Part shown: positions 28,741 through 37,998 of the stretch, piece after piece
Layout: every line of letters begins with the position of its first letter
Position numbering within the stretch: position 1 is the first letter of the stretch
Origin: Candidatus Treponema scatequi
GTDB lineage: Bacteria; Spirochaetota; Spirochaetia; Treponematales; Treponemataceae
DNA length: 42,286 nucleotides
Reading direction: 5' to 3'
NCBI GenBank assembly: GCA_018066075.1
Contig: JAGHSB010000075.1
Coordinates: forward strand, 1 to 42,286
Translations under genes and position numbers: made by a program
Notes under the pieces: model-generated
Databases searched by the model: none
The model's input: the letters and a program-made list of their open reading frames with translations, nothing else
Told to the model about the DNA's origin: nothing

Positions 28741-29856
28741 ATGGATAGAACTTTAGTTATTTTAGCGGATTCTTCTGATAGAAATTCTGCAGTAGAAAAA
28801 ATTGTCTCAGAAATTTCTGCAAATCAGGCGACACCGAAAGCAATAATTTATTTTTCTGATTTTGACAATTTCGAATTCTATTCAGAAACGCTTCACGAAA
28901 AATATCCCGACACAGAATTAATCGGCTCGACAACTTATGTAAATTTCACAAACACTGGTACTGAGCATTTTGGAATTTCTGTGCTCGCAATCTTTGCCGG
29001 TATTGAATGTTCCACAGGCGTACTTCATGACATTTCAACTTTCCCTTTGAGACATATTGATCAGGTTAAGAATGCTCTTTCAAAACTTTCGTCGACAGAA
29101 AACACATGCTGTCTTGAATTTTGCAGTGCGTTCTCAAATGGAGAAGAAATTGTTCTTGATACATTTGATGAAGCTTTTAAAGAGACTGACATTCAGCTTG
29201 CAGGAAGCAGTGCAGGGGCCACAGAAGATGTTTATCAGACGCGTGTTGCGTTAAATGGAACTGTTTACAACAACACCTGTGTTTTCATTTTAATTCATAA
29301 TCTTAACGGAAGAGTTTTCATTCATAAAGAAAATCTTTTTAAGCCGACTGCAAAAACTTTGACTGCGACAGATGTAGACTGTGAGAATAGAATTGTATAC
29401 GAGTATGATGAAGAGCCTGCGGCAGACGCTGTGGCAAAGGCGCTCGAAATTCCACTTGAACAGTTTGAACAGGAATCTATTCTGCATCCTGTAGGACGCG
29501 TTTCTGGAAATCAGGTTCACATCACTTCAAACGGAAGAGTTCAGGCTGACGGATCGATTGTCTGTTATTCAAGAATTTATAATCACACGAGAGTTGCTGT
29601 TCTTGAGTTTGCAGATTTTGACAATGCGATGTTTGAACTGTCAGGTTCGATTATTGCAAAGACAAGAGATCCTTCATTTGCAATTGGAATTGAATGTATT
29701 TCGAATGCGATGATTCTTGAAAAGAAAAAATTATTTGGAAAGTTGACTAAGACATTAAATGACAATTTTGAAAAGTTTATCGGTGTCTCTGGATATGGTG
29801 AACAGATTACTGGAGTTCATTTGAATCAGTCGATAATTGTAGTAGTATTTGAATAA
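28741..29856 (+). CDS. FIST N/C-domain sensory protein (NosP-like)
   Basis: LIGSTT, LAGSSAG, RIVYEYDEEPAA, IEC, GVSGYGEQ..HLNQS FIST motifs. Confidence 0.85.
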   Translation: MDRTLVILADSSDRNSAVEKIVSEISANQATPKAIIYFSDFDNFEFYSETLHEKYPDTELIGSTTYVNFTNTGTEHFGISVLAIFAGIECSTGVLHDISTFPLRHIDQVKNALSKLSSTENTCCLEFCSAFSNGEEIVLDTFDEAFKETDIQLAGSSAGATEDVYQTRVALNGTVYNNTCVFILIHNLNGRVFIHKENLFKPTAKTLTATDVDCENRIVYEYDEEPAADAVAKALEIPLEQFEQESILHPVGRVSGNQVHITSNGRVQADGSIVCYSRIYNHTRVAVLEFADFDNAMFELSGSIIAKTRDPSFAIGIECISNAMILEKKKLFGKLTKTLNDNFEKFIGVSGYGEQITGVHLNQSIIVVVFE

Positions 29857-29871
29857 TGCTTGGAGAGAGAG

Positions 29872-32442
29872 ATGGCAAGATTTAATACGGGAATTCTTTT
29901 TACAAATGATAATTGTATAGGCTGCAATAAGTGTGTTTCGCAGTGTTCGATTTTGGGTGCGAATGTTTCTGTTATTAAAGGTGGAAAACCTAAAATCGTA
30001 ATCGATGGTGATAAATGCAATCACTGCGGTAAATGTATTCGCCTGTGTTCTCATGGTGCGAGAGATTATCTTGATGACATCAAGCCGTTTTTTGAAGCGC
30101 TCGAAACTGGAAAAAAGATTTCACTTATCGTTGCTCCTTCATTTTATTTGATTTACAAGGATAATGCTTCACAGATTCTCGGTTACTTAAAGTCACTTGG
30201 AATTCAAAAGATTTATGACGCTGCTTTTGGTGCAGAAATCAGTTTGTGGGGTCATGTAAATTATCTTCATGATCACATCAATGATAACGATGCGGCATAC
30301 ATCACACAGACTTGTCCAGCCCTCATCAATATGATTGAACTTTATCATCCTGATTTGCTTAGTAGAATTATTCCTGTTCAGTCACCGATGATTTGTACTG
30401 CCATCTATGCCCGCAAATATCTTGGTGATAAAAATGAAATTGCTTTTCTTGGACCATGTATCTCTAAGAAAGATGAAATCAGTTCTCTTATGACTGAACA
30501 TAATGTTCAGTATTCGATTACATACAAACGACTTTTTGAATATCTCGGTGATATAGATATGAGTTCATTTAGTGCTGAATCTGATTTGAAGACAGAGGCA
30601 CTTGGAAATTTAATTCCTGTTGCCGGGGGCTTTGCAGAAGCAATTCAGCTGTTTTTTTCACAGAACGAACGCATTATTGCAAAAGAAGGATTTACTCCAT
30701 ATCTTTTTTCACTGTTAAAAGGATGCGCAAGAGTTCCAGCAAGGGATGAGCGTCCGCTTGCAATTGATATTCTTGCGTGTATGAATGGCTGTCAGGAAGG
30801 TCCTGGAGTTGATTTCAGACATCTTGATTATGACAAATTGTACTGTGATTACAACAAGGCAAAGAGAAATATCGATTACAGTTTCTTCAAATCAAATGAT
30901 TCCGAAGATAGAATTAAACAGTTTAATGAGTTTTTCAAAGACCTCAAGCTTGAAGACTTCAAGAGAATCTTTGAAGACAGATATAAACAGCAGTTCAAAG
31001 TTCCGGAAACGACAATTCAGGAAATCTTTTCTGACATGCTCAAGCGTTCAACAGAAGAACAGAACATCAACTGTCACTCGTGCGGATACAATACTTGTCG
31101 TGACATGGCAACTGCAATTGCACTCGGCTACAACAAAAAAGAAAACTGCATCAAATATATGAACGAGCAGATGCTCAAGCAGATCAACACGGACCAGATG
31201 ACAGGATTTATGAACAGGTCTGCATTCCAGAGAAAAGTTCGTGAAACAATCGATGCAAATCCGGAGAAAGCATATATCATTGCAGTCGGAAACATCAACA
31301 AAATTAAAATCGTCAATGACCTTTACACATCAAAAGCAGGTGACCTTGTAATTTGCAAGGCTGCAGAAAATATTATTACAAGTTTGAACTACAATGGTTT
31401 TGTTGCGCGACTCGGCGGTGATACGTTTGCATTCTGTGCTGGGTACACTGTTGAAAACCTCGAGCTTGTTTACAATATTCCGGTTCTCGATTTGTCTGAT
31501 TATGGAATTGAAATTCCTATTACGATGCGTTTTGGAATTTACATCGCTGACACCTCGATGGAAGATATTTTGTCTGTAATGAACCTGGCAACTATTGCGA
31601 TGGTCGATAAAATAAGTTCCACTAAAAATACTTTCTCGATGTTTACAAAAGAAATGCATCAGAACATCAAACGCGAAATCGAAATCACATCCCAGATGCA
31701 GAGCGCAATCGGAAATGATGAATTTCAGCTTTTCTATCAGCTGCAGTTTGATGCGAATACAGAAAGAATTGTCGGTGCAGAAGCTCTCTGCCGCTGGATA
31801 AAACCTGACGGAACAGTTATCAGTCCTGGTGTGTTCATTCCGATTTCTGAAAAGAACGGATTTATCAGGGCACTTGATAAGGCAATTTGGGACAAGGCGT
31901 TTAAGAATGTCCGCAAGTGGATTGATGACGGACTCAAACCTGTTCCGACATCTGTGAACATTTCGCGTGTAAGTTTGAGCTCTGATGATTTGATTTATGC
32001 AATTCAGCGTATCCAGGAAAAATATCAGATTCCAGTAGAACTGATTCATTTTGAAATTACGGAAAGCGCTTACATGGAAGACCAGGACAATCTGATCCGC
32101 AGAATCAATGAGATTCGCAGACTTGGATTTAAGATTGCAATGGACGACTTTGGAAGCGGATATTCTTCTCTCAATACGTTGAAAGATATTCCAATTGACC
32201 TTTTGAAACTCGACATGGGATTCATCAGGGAAAACTCAAACATGGATAAGGGAAACGTCATTATAAATTCCATCGTAAAAATGGCGAAGTCTCTCGATCT
32301 TATCACTGTTGCAGAAGGCGTTGAAACAAAACCTCAGGCAGAGTTTTTGAAATCTCTCGGTGTAAATGTAATTCAAGGTTACTATTATTCAAAACCAATT
32401 CCGCAGCGAGATTACGAAGACCGTCTGAGAGAAATAAAATAG
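29872..32442 (+). CDS. Sensory [FeFe]-hydrogenase-like domain fused to an Fe-S domain, a degenerate GGDEF and an EAL phosphodiesterase
   Basis: Two CxxCxxCxxxC; TQTCP, GPCISKKDE, DILACMNGCQEG; NCHSCGYNTC..C; RLGGDTF; EAL, EITES, DDFGSGYSS, AEGVE, QGYYY. SD GGAGAG favours ATG 29872. Confidence 0.88.
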   Translation: MARFNTGILFTNDNCIGCNKCVSQCSILGANVSVIKGGKPKIVIDGDKCNHCGKCIRLCSHGARDYLDDIKPFFEALETGKKISLIVAPSFYLIYKDNASQILGYLKSLGIQKIYDAAFGAEISLWGHVNYLHDHINDNDAAYITQTCPALINMIELYHPDLLSRIIPVQSPMICTAIYARKYLGDKNEIAFLGPCISKKDEISSLMTEHNVQYSITYKRLFEYLGDIDMSSFSAESDLKTEALGNLIPVAGGFAEAIQLFFSQNERIIAKEGFTPYLFSLLKGCARVPARDERPLAIDILACMNGCQEGPGVDFRHLDYDKLYCDYNKAKRNIDYSFFKSNDSEDRIKQFNEFFKDLKLEDFKRIFEDRYKQQFKVPETTIQEIFSDMLKRSTEEQNINCHSCGYNTCRDMATAIALGYNKKENCIKYMNEQMLKQINTDQMTGFMNRSAFQRKVRETIDANPEKAYIIAVGNINKIKIVNDLYTSKAGDLVICKAAENIITSLNYNGFVARLGGDTFAFCAGYTVENLELVYNIPVLDLSDYGIEIPITMRFGIYIADTSMEDILSVMNLATIAMVDKISSTKNTFSMFTKEMHQNIKREIEITSQMQSAIGNDEFQLFYQLQFDANTERIVGAEALCRWIKPDGTVISPGVFIPISEKNGFIRALDKAIWDKAFKNVRKWIDDGLKPVPTSVNISRVSLSSDDLIYAIQRIQEKYQIPVELIHFEITESAYMEDQDNLIRRINEIRRLGFKIAMDDFGSGYSSLNTLKDIPIDLLKLDMGFIRENSNMDKGNVIINSIVKMAKSLDLITVAEGVETKPQAEFLKSLGVNVIQGYYYSKPIPQRDYEDRLREIK

Positions 32443-32472
32443 CACTCATCTTTTTACAATAAATTAAGTCTC

Positions 32473-32501
32473 TTGCTATCAGAAATAAAATCTGTTAAAT
32501 T
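32473..32501 (+). promoter_or_regulatory. Sigma70-type promoter for the riboswitch/lipoprotein/TBDR transcript
   Basis: TTGCTA (32473-32478), 17 nt, TAAATT (32496-32501) preceded by TG. Confidence 0.65.
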
Positions 32502-32504
32502 CTT

Positions 32505-32613
32505 TTTGTAAATTAATTTTTACCTCCAATCCTGTGAAAATCAGGGCAGTCTATTCTACTGTTAAAGTCAGACGGAGAATTTCAAATCAAAGTACAATCA
32601 ATAGGAGGTTGTA
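32505..32613 (+). ncRNA. Compact cobalamin riboswitch (class II / AdoCbl-variant-like), translational
   Basis: CTCC/GGAG stem; CCTG-TGAAAAT-CAGG T-loop hairpin; GCAGT-CTATTCT-ACTGT; B12-box-like AAGTCAGA; downstream hairpin TACAATC-AATAGGA-GGTTGTA whose loop AATAG is complementary to CTATT; lies upstream of a TBDR. Confidence 0.8.
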
Positions 32614-33143
32614 TGAAAAATTTTTTCAAACTTGTCCGAATAATTTCCGGATTAGTCATTTCATGTTTTATTGTTGCAGGAATTACTTCTTGCAGTTCAC
32701 CAAATGCCGGGCATGCTCCGATAGTTTATCTTGATCCAGTTGATGCTGATCTTGGTGATAATTTTATTGGAACTTGGGAAAACAATGACTACCCGGAATT
32801 TACTTCAACTTATTCTGTAGCAAAAAATCAGATTAAAGATGAATTAATGGGTGTTTTATTTAATGTTGTTTCGGATACTGTTGGTACAAGTTCTGATGGT
32901 TGTACTCTTGTGTTCTGTCAGATTGCAGAAGGGCGTGGAACTAAATGGACTCCGGCCGGTATGTATTATGTTATCGCATTGAGATTTAATACAGATGGAA
33001 AACTTCAAATATGCTGCCCGGTTAATTCATCTTCTGGGTATACAACTCTTTCTGGTTTGATTGATGCATATCCGTCAACTTGCAATATTGAAGAACAAGT
33101 CTATGGTTTTACAGATTGTGAACAACCAGAATCGGATAATTAA
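32613..33143 (+). CDS. Lipoprotein of unknown function, probably part of cobalamin uptake
   Basis: Signal peptide with lipobox ITSC; SD AGGAGG; first gene behind the riboswitch. Confidence 0.75.
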   Translation: MKNFFKLVRIISGLVISCFIVAGITSCSSPNAGHAPIVYLDPVDADLGDNFIGTWENNDYPEFTSTYSVAKNQIKDELMGVLFNVVSDTVGTSSDGCTLVFCQIAEGRGTKWTPAGMYYVIALRFNTDGKLQICCPVNSSSGYTTLSGLIDAYPSTCNIEEQVYGFTDCEQPESDN

Positions 33144-35153
33144 ATGAATCGCAACATACTGAGAATTTTATTCTTTACAATTTCGATATTATTAATTTCT
33201 TTCCCGGCTTTCGCAGAATCAGAATCTTCTCACATCGAAAATCCTCTGTTCGGTCCGACATCAACTTACCGCATCGTAAAAGATAATGACATCAAGTCAT
33301 CCCTCGATCAGCAGGAAGAAAACGACCGCAATGCACAGAAAAAAAATCCTCAGTACCAGAAATCTTTGCACCAGCAGAACGCAGCAACCCGTCAGATAAC
33401 TTCATCTCAGATTGAAGAACGAAATCCAGAAAACCTTCAGGATCTTTTAACATCAGATGGCCTTTTTGTCATGACTACAGGCGGAACTGGCTCAATGTCG
33501 AATCTTTCTTACAAAGGATACGCAGGCTTTTGCATTAAAGTTTACATCGATGGAATCCTTGCAAACAATTCGACTACAGGTGAGTTTGACTGGAACTCGA
33601 TTGATATAAATTCCATTGAGACAATCGAAGTTGAAGATGTTCCGTCATTGAATGAAACAGAATTTGCCGGCTGTATAATTCGCATCACGACAAAAAATGG
33701 CGGAGATAAAATCTCGGCTGATGTATCGACTGCAAGCTATAAAAAAAGTTTGTGTGACAGCTGGTTTGCTCATGTTCAGTATGCAAAAGAGTTTGAAAAA
33801 TTTCATTTTAATGTCGGCTGCAATGTGATTTCTACTGGCAATGAATTTGAAAGACCTGATAATCTCGGAACAGAACTTTATAATTTTTCAAGACAGGGTA
33901 ATTTTAATTTTGCCTGGAATGTAAAACTTTCTGACAGATTAAAATTATACGGAAGCGATATGTTTGCCTACAACAAATTGAAAGCAAACCAAAACAGCGA
34001 CCTCAACACAGGAATCGAAGAAGATGTCGCAACCCGCAACAACATAAATCTTTCATATTCCACCATTGCAGATAACCAGACAGAAAAAAATCTTTCGCAA
34101 AACATTTTTTCAAAAATAAAATCCGACACAAGTCTTTTTTATAACTTCAGTAACGTTAAATATGTAAACAATTATCTCACAAACAATATCGACAACACGA
34201 CTTTCAACAAAATCTCACTTACCGAAAATCTCAGTTGGTTCTGCGACTTTACTGCAGGCTGCGATTTGGAATTTCAACCGGGTCGTTCTGATTGTTCACG
34301 CGTAGTTGAAAAAATTGGCGCCGGTAAAAAGTTTGAAATTGATTTTAAAAATCGCGCGGGCATTACGAGTGATGATGGTAAAGAAAACAACTCTGGTATT
34401 AAAAACAATTTCTATTCTAAACTCACAATCGAGCCGCAGGTTATCGCACTATTCTGGCAGACTTCAAAATCGGGAGCTGCAATTCTTCCGCGATTGACTC
34501 TTTCATACCAGGGAATTACGCTTGCAGCTTACCGCGAATTTATTCTTCCGACCTTCAATCATTTGTACTGGCCTGATACAAGTTACGCGTGCGGAAATCC
34601 TGATTTAAAACCAGAAGATGGCTGGAGCGGATTTCTCGGATTTAGAAGAAATGATTTTCCGCTTTGGGCGCAGTATAAAATTTCTTATTACGGAAATAAA
34701 ATCTGCTGGGGATATGATGGCGCAAGATCTGTTCCTGTAAACAATGGAGATGCATTTTACAATGTTGTAACTCTCGGAACTGACATAAGCATGTTCAATG
34801 ACATTTTGAGATTTACAGCAGACGCAACATGGACGAGTGCAAAACTTGCCGGAACTGATAAACAGATTATGTGGGTTCCTGAATGGCAGACCCATGCTGG
34901 AATTTCTGTAAATGTCTCGCGCGTTTTATTTAAAGCAGATTACAGTTTTACTGCATCGCGATTTACAGACAACGAAAATACTTCTTCATATCCTGCAATT
35001 CACCTTTTAAACGCAAGCATTACGTTCCACATAACAGATAATTTCAAAACTTACATCAAAGGCGACAACCTGCTCGACTGCCGCGTTCCATTCCACGATA
35101 ACTACTATCTTGCTTCGAGAAAATGGACAATTGGGTTGAAATTTGAAAGATAA
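33144..35153 (+). CDS. TonB-dependent outer membrane receptor (BtuB-like by context)
   Basis: Signal peptide; plug ITSSQIE..LQDLL..VYIDG..IETIEV..IIRITTK; PTFNHLYW..GNPDLKPE; DNLLD; terminal beta strand WTIGLKF. Confidence 0.85.
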   Translation: MNRNILRILFFTISILLISFPAFAESESSHIENPLFGPTSTYRIVKDNDIKSSLDQQEENDRNAQKKNPQYQKSLHQQNAATRQITSSQIEERNPENLQDLLTSDGLFVMTTGGTGSMSNLSYKGYAGFCIKVYIDGILANNSTTGEFDWNSIDINSIETIEVEDVPSLNETEFAGCIIRITTKNGGDKISADVSTASYKKSLCDSWFAHVQYAKEFEKFHFNVGCNVISTGNEFERPDNLGTELYNFSRQGNFNFAWNVKLSDRLKLYGSDMFAYNKLKANQNSDLNTGIEEDVATRNNINLSYSTIADNQTEKNLSQNIFSKIKSDTSLFYNFSNVKYVNNYLTNNIDNTTFNKISLTENLSWFCDFTAGCDLEFQPGRSDCSRVVEKIGAGKKFEIDFKNRAGITSDDGKENNSGIKNNFYSKLTIEPQVIALFWQTSKSGAAILPRLTLSYQGITLAAYREFILPTFNHLYWPDTSYACGNPDLKPEDGWSGFLGFRRNDFPLWAQYKISYYGNKICWGYDGARSVPVNNGDAFYNVVTLGTDISMFNDILRFTADATWTSAKLAGTDKQIMWVPEWQTHAGISVNVSRVLFKADYSFTASRFTDNENTSSYPAIHLLNASITFHITDNFKTYIKGDNLLDCRVPFHDNYYLASRKWTIGLKFER

Positions 35154-35252
35154 ATTGGAGATATAAGATTTTCCTTATAAAGTTTATTGCTCTTTTTTGT
35201 AGCGGCTTCTCATTTCCTGGGGTATAATCTTACATACTAGAGAGGTACAACT

Positions 35253-35720
35253 ATGGGAATGGATGTCAAAGTTATAAACCCTTTTTTGAATGCTACGCTG
35301 CAGACTTTTAAAGAGATGTTTCAGGTGGAATCTAAAAATAACGAGCCTTTTGTCGTAGACGTCAATTCTGGCCACCAATGGGAAGTTTCGGGTTTGCTTG
35401 GAATTACGGGCGATTACAGCGGTGTTGTTGCGGTTCGTCTGCATAAGACGCTTGCTTTTAAGCTTCTGGAGCTTTCTGGTTTGACTGATATTCATCCTGA
35501 TGAGAAACTGGAACTTTCACAGGAGCTCGTCAGTGAGTTTACAAACATCATTTCGGGCCATGCTGTTTCAAGCATACCGGGCATCAATTTGACTGTTTCG
35601 CCACCGGTTACTATTACCGGCAAGGATCATGTCATTTCGTGGCCTAAGAATTATCCTGTTGTCGGAATTCCGTTTATTACGGCGTTTGGGCCTTATGAGG
35701 TCGACGTCTGCTTTAAGTAA
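35253..35720 (+). CDS. cheX: Chemotaxis phosphatase CheX
   Basis: INPFLNAT, VSGLLGITGD, SEFTNIISG (ExxN), VSPPVTITG; SD GAGGT. Confidence 0.88.
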   Translation: MGMDVKVINPFLNATLQTFKEMFQVESKNNEPFVVDVNSGHQWEVSGLLGITGDYSGVVAVRLHKTLAFKLLELSGLTDIHPDEKLELSQELVSEFTNIISGHAVSSIPGINLTVSPPVTITGKDHVISWPKNYPVVGIPFITAFGPYEVDVCFK

Positions 35721-35744
35721 GTGTATTTATTTGTGTAGTTTTTT

Positions 35745-35790
35745 GTGGAAAATGGTTGGAATTTCGTCCGATTATTTTCCACTTTTTTTT
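35745..35790 (+). terminator. Rho-independent terminator after cheX
   Basis: GTGGAAAATGGTTGGA pairs with TCCGATTATTTTCCAC (G-U allowed), followed by T8. Confidence 0.75.
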
Positions 35791-35861
35791 CTTAAATACT
35801 TCTACAAAACTTTACTTTTTGTTAATATGGGTTATCTCTTAAAGAAACTCGAGGTAACATA

Positions 35862-37208
35862 ATGAAAAATGAATACGTAAAACGTATCTGGGCTGATGTT
35901 CAGGCTAAAAATGCCGACCAGCCAGAATTCCTGCAGGCAGTACAGGAAGTTCTCACAACTCTTGAACCAGTAGTGGATCAGATGCCGGAACTTGAAGCTA
36001 ATGCTGTTTTGGAACGCTTTGTCGAACCAGAACGTGTTGTTATGTTCCGTGTACCTTGGATGGACGATGCTGGTAAGTATCACGTTAACCGCGGTTATCG
36101 TGTTCAGTTTAACAGCGCTATTGGTCCTTACAAAGGTGGTATCCGCTTTAGTCCAGAAGTAACTCTTGGCGGATTGAAGTTTCTTGGATTCGAACAGACT
36201 TTGAAGAACTCTTTGACAACTCTTCCAATGGGTGGCGGTAAAGGTGGTTCAGACTTTGATCCACATGGAAAGTCAGACAACGAAGTAATGCGTTTCTGCC
36301 AGTCATTCATGACAGAATTGTATCGCCATATCGGTTCTGATACTGACGTTCCAGCCGGAGACAAAGGTGTAGGTGGCCGCGAAGTTGCTTACATGTTTGG
36401 TCAGTACAAGAGAATCGCAAACAACTTTACTGGTGTTTTGACAGGTAAAGGAATCCCATTCGGTGGATCACTCTTTAGAACAGAAGCTACTGGATACGGA
36501 CTTATCTACTTTGCAGACTGTATGCTTGCAAAAGTTGGCGACAGCTTCAAAGGAAAAGTATGTGCAGTTTCAGGAAAAGGAAACGTTGCAGAATACGCTG
36601 TAGAAAAATTGATTCAGCTTGGTGCAAAAGTTGTAACAATGTCTGACTCATCAGGATATATCTACGATCCAGACGGAATCACACAGGAAAAACTCGACTG
36701 GGTAAAAGACCTCAACTATGTAAAACGCGGACGCATCTCAGAATATGCTAAACAGTTCCCATCAGCAAAATTCTTCGAAGGCAAACGTCCTTGGGAAGTA
36801 AAAGTTGACTGTGCATTCCCATGTGCAACACAGAACGAATTGAACGAAGACGATGCAAAAGCACTCGTAGCAAACGGTGTTAAACTTGTTGCAGAAGGTG
36901 CTAACATGCCATCAACTCTCGAAGCAACAGAAGTATTCCAGAAAGCTGGAGTTCTCTTCGCTCCTGGTAAAGCATCAAACGCAGGTGGTGTATCAGTTTC
37001 AGGTCTCGAAATGAGCCAGAACGCAGGACACATTTCTTGGTCAGGTGCAGAAGTTGATAAAAAACTCAAAGAAATCATGACAAACATCCACGACAACGCT
37101 TACGACACAGCCGAAAAATTCGGTATGAAAGGCAACTACGTAGCCGGCGCCAACATCGCCGGATTTATCAAGGTAGCTAAGGCCATGATCGCACAAGGGT
37201 TAGTATAA
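35862..37208 (+). CDS. gdhA: NADP-specific glutamate dehydrogenase
   Basis: GPYKGGIRF, LPMGGGKGGSDFDP, DVPAGD, RTEATGYG, PCATQNE, PGKASNAGGV. Confidence 0.96.
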   Translation: MKNEYVKRIWADVQAKNADQPEFLQAVQEVLTTLEPVVDQMPELEANAVLERFVEPERVVMFRVPWMDDAGKYHVNRGYRVQFNSAIGPYKGGIRFSPEVTLGGLKFLGFEQTLKNSLTTLPMGGGKGGSDFDPHGKSDNEVMRFCQSFMTELYRHIGSDTDVPAGDKGVGGREVAYMFGQYKRIANNFTGVLTGKGIPFGGSLFRTEATGYGLIYFADCMLAKVGDSFKGKVCAVSGKGNVAEYAVEKLIQLGAKVVTMSDSSGYIYDPDGITQEKLDWVKDLNYVKRGRISEYAKQFPSAKFFEGKRPWEVKVDCAFPCATQNELNEDDAKALVANGVKLVAEGANMPSTLEATEVFQKAGVLFAPGKASNAGGVSVSGLEMSQNAGHISWSGAEVDKKLKEIMTNIHDNAYDTAEKFGMKGNYVAGANIAGFIKVAKAMIAQGLV

Positions 37209-37229
37209 GTTATAAAAATTGTATCGCAC

Positions 37230-37258
37230 AGGGGTTCCTTGAAGGGACCCCTTTTTTT
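37230..37258 (+). terminator. Rho-independent terminator after gdhA
   Basis: AGGGGTTCCTT/AAGGGACCCCT stem followed by a T-run. Confidence 0.85.
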
Positions 37259-37337
37259 ATAAATTCCACTTAATTAAGTAACAAATTTATGCTTCTCAGT
37301 TGTTTAATTTATATAAAAACAATTGAGAGGTAACAAA

Positions 37338-37754
37338 ATGAAGAAATTACTTATTCTTATCGCAAGCGCATGTTTAATCGGCTTGACAGGATGTGCTTTT
37401 AGCGTAGACGTTGATTTTGATGATTTTAAAAGTTCAAAATATTCGTCTAGAACTGTAGATGTAAGTTCTAGAATTGATTTTCTTGATATTAACTGGCCGT
37501 ATGGAACTGTAAGATTTATTGAACATGATGGTTCTAATGTGGAATTTTATGAAACTTCATCAAGACAGATTACAGAAAACAATACTTTGACTTATTGCTA
37601 TGACAGTTCATGCAATTCACTTTTTATTGATTACTACAATACAAATCTTCGAAGATGTGAAATCGTAAGAAATAAGGTTCTTATTGTTTATATTCCAAGA
37701 TACAGAAGAATTGATTGTGTAAGGGTAAACGGCGAATATACGGAATGTAAATAG
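37338..37754 (+). CDS. Small lipoprotein of unknown function (weak resemblance to the DUF4097-type N-terminus)
   Basis: MKKLLILIASACLIGLTGC lipobox; SD GAGGT favours ATG 37338 over 37323. Confidence 0.7.
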   Translation: MKKLLILIASACLIGLTGCAFSVDVDFDDFKSSKYSSRTVDVSSRIDFLDINWPYGTVRFIEHDGSNVEFYETSSRQITENNTLTYCYDSSCNSLFIDYYNTNLRRCEIVRNKVLIVYIPRYRRIDCVRVNGEYTECK

Positions 37755-37792
37755 TAGTGCCTGGACGAATCATCAACAAATTTGAAAAGGGC

Positions 37793-37818
37793 AAAAAAAA
37801 GCCGCCTTGTTCGGCGGC
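37793..37818 (-). terminator. Rho-independent terminator on the minus strand with no annotated gene to terminate
   Basis: Minus strand GCCGCC-GAACAA-GGCGGC followed by T8. Confidence 0.85.
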
Positions 37819-37893
37819 CTGATTAATGCGAGGTTCAAACTAAAGTGACCTGCATTGTAAATGTTTTTTCAGCTTAACTGCTGATAGTCTTGT

Positions 37894-37938
37894 TTAGCGT
37901 TTAGCCACGTCCTGGCTTGATAATTCTGTTGGTAACAT
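37894..37938 (-). CDS. Possible 14-aa small ORF (MLPTELSSQDVAKR) within the candidate sRNA; an in-frame upstream ATG at 37977 gives 27 aa
   Basis: AAGGAGG (37951-37945) with a 6-nt spacer before ATG 37938; TAA at 37896-37894. Confidence 0.3.
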   Translation of the reverse strand: MLPTELSSQDVAKR

Positions 37939-37998
37939 TCGTTGCCTCCTTATCAAGTAACCGGTATGCGTCCTCATCTCGCTCCTGACTACATCTAT

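Larger units (their letters stand above)
37793..37992 (-). ncRNA. Candidate stand-alone structured sRNA (~200 nt) with four GGA motifs
   Basis: Own promoter and terminator; several predicted stems; AGGACG in two hairpin loops. Confidence 0.6.

Noticed and set aside
31330-32049. 239-aa minus-strand ORF
   Set aside because: Antisense shadow of the GGDEF-EAL coding region, with no recognisable motifs.
32534-32734. 66-aa plus-strand ORF
   Set aside because: Its GTG start lies in the riboswitch T-loop hairpin, it has no SD, and it overlaps the lipoprotein gene out of frame.
37793-37992. 6S RNA, tmRNA, SRP RNA or RNase P identity for the orphan transcript
   Set aside because: No end-to-end rod with a central bubble, no tRNA-like ends, and no SRP or RNase P consensus recognised. 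An Rfam search is still needed.
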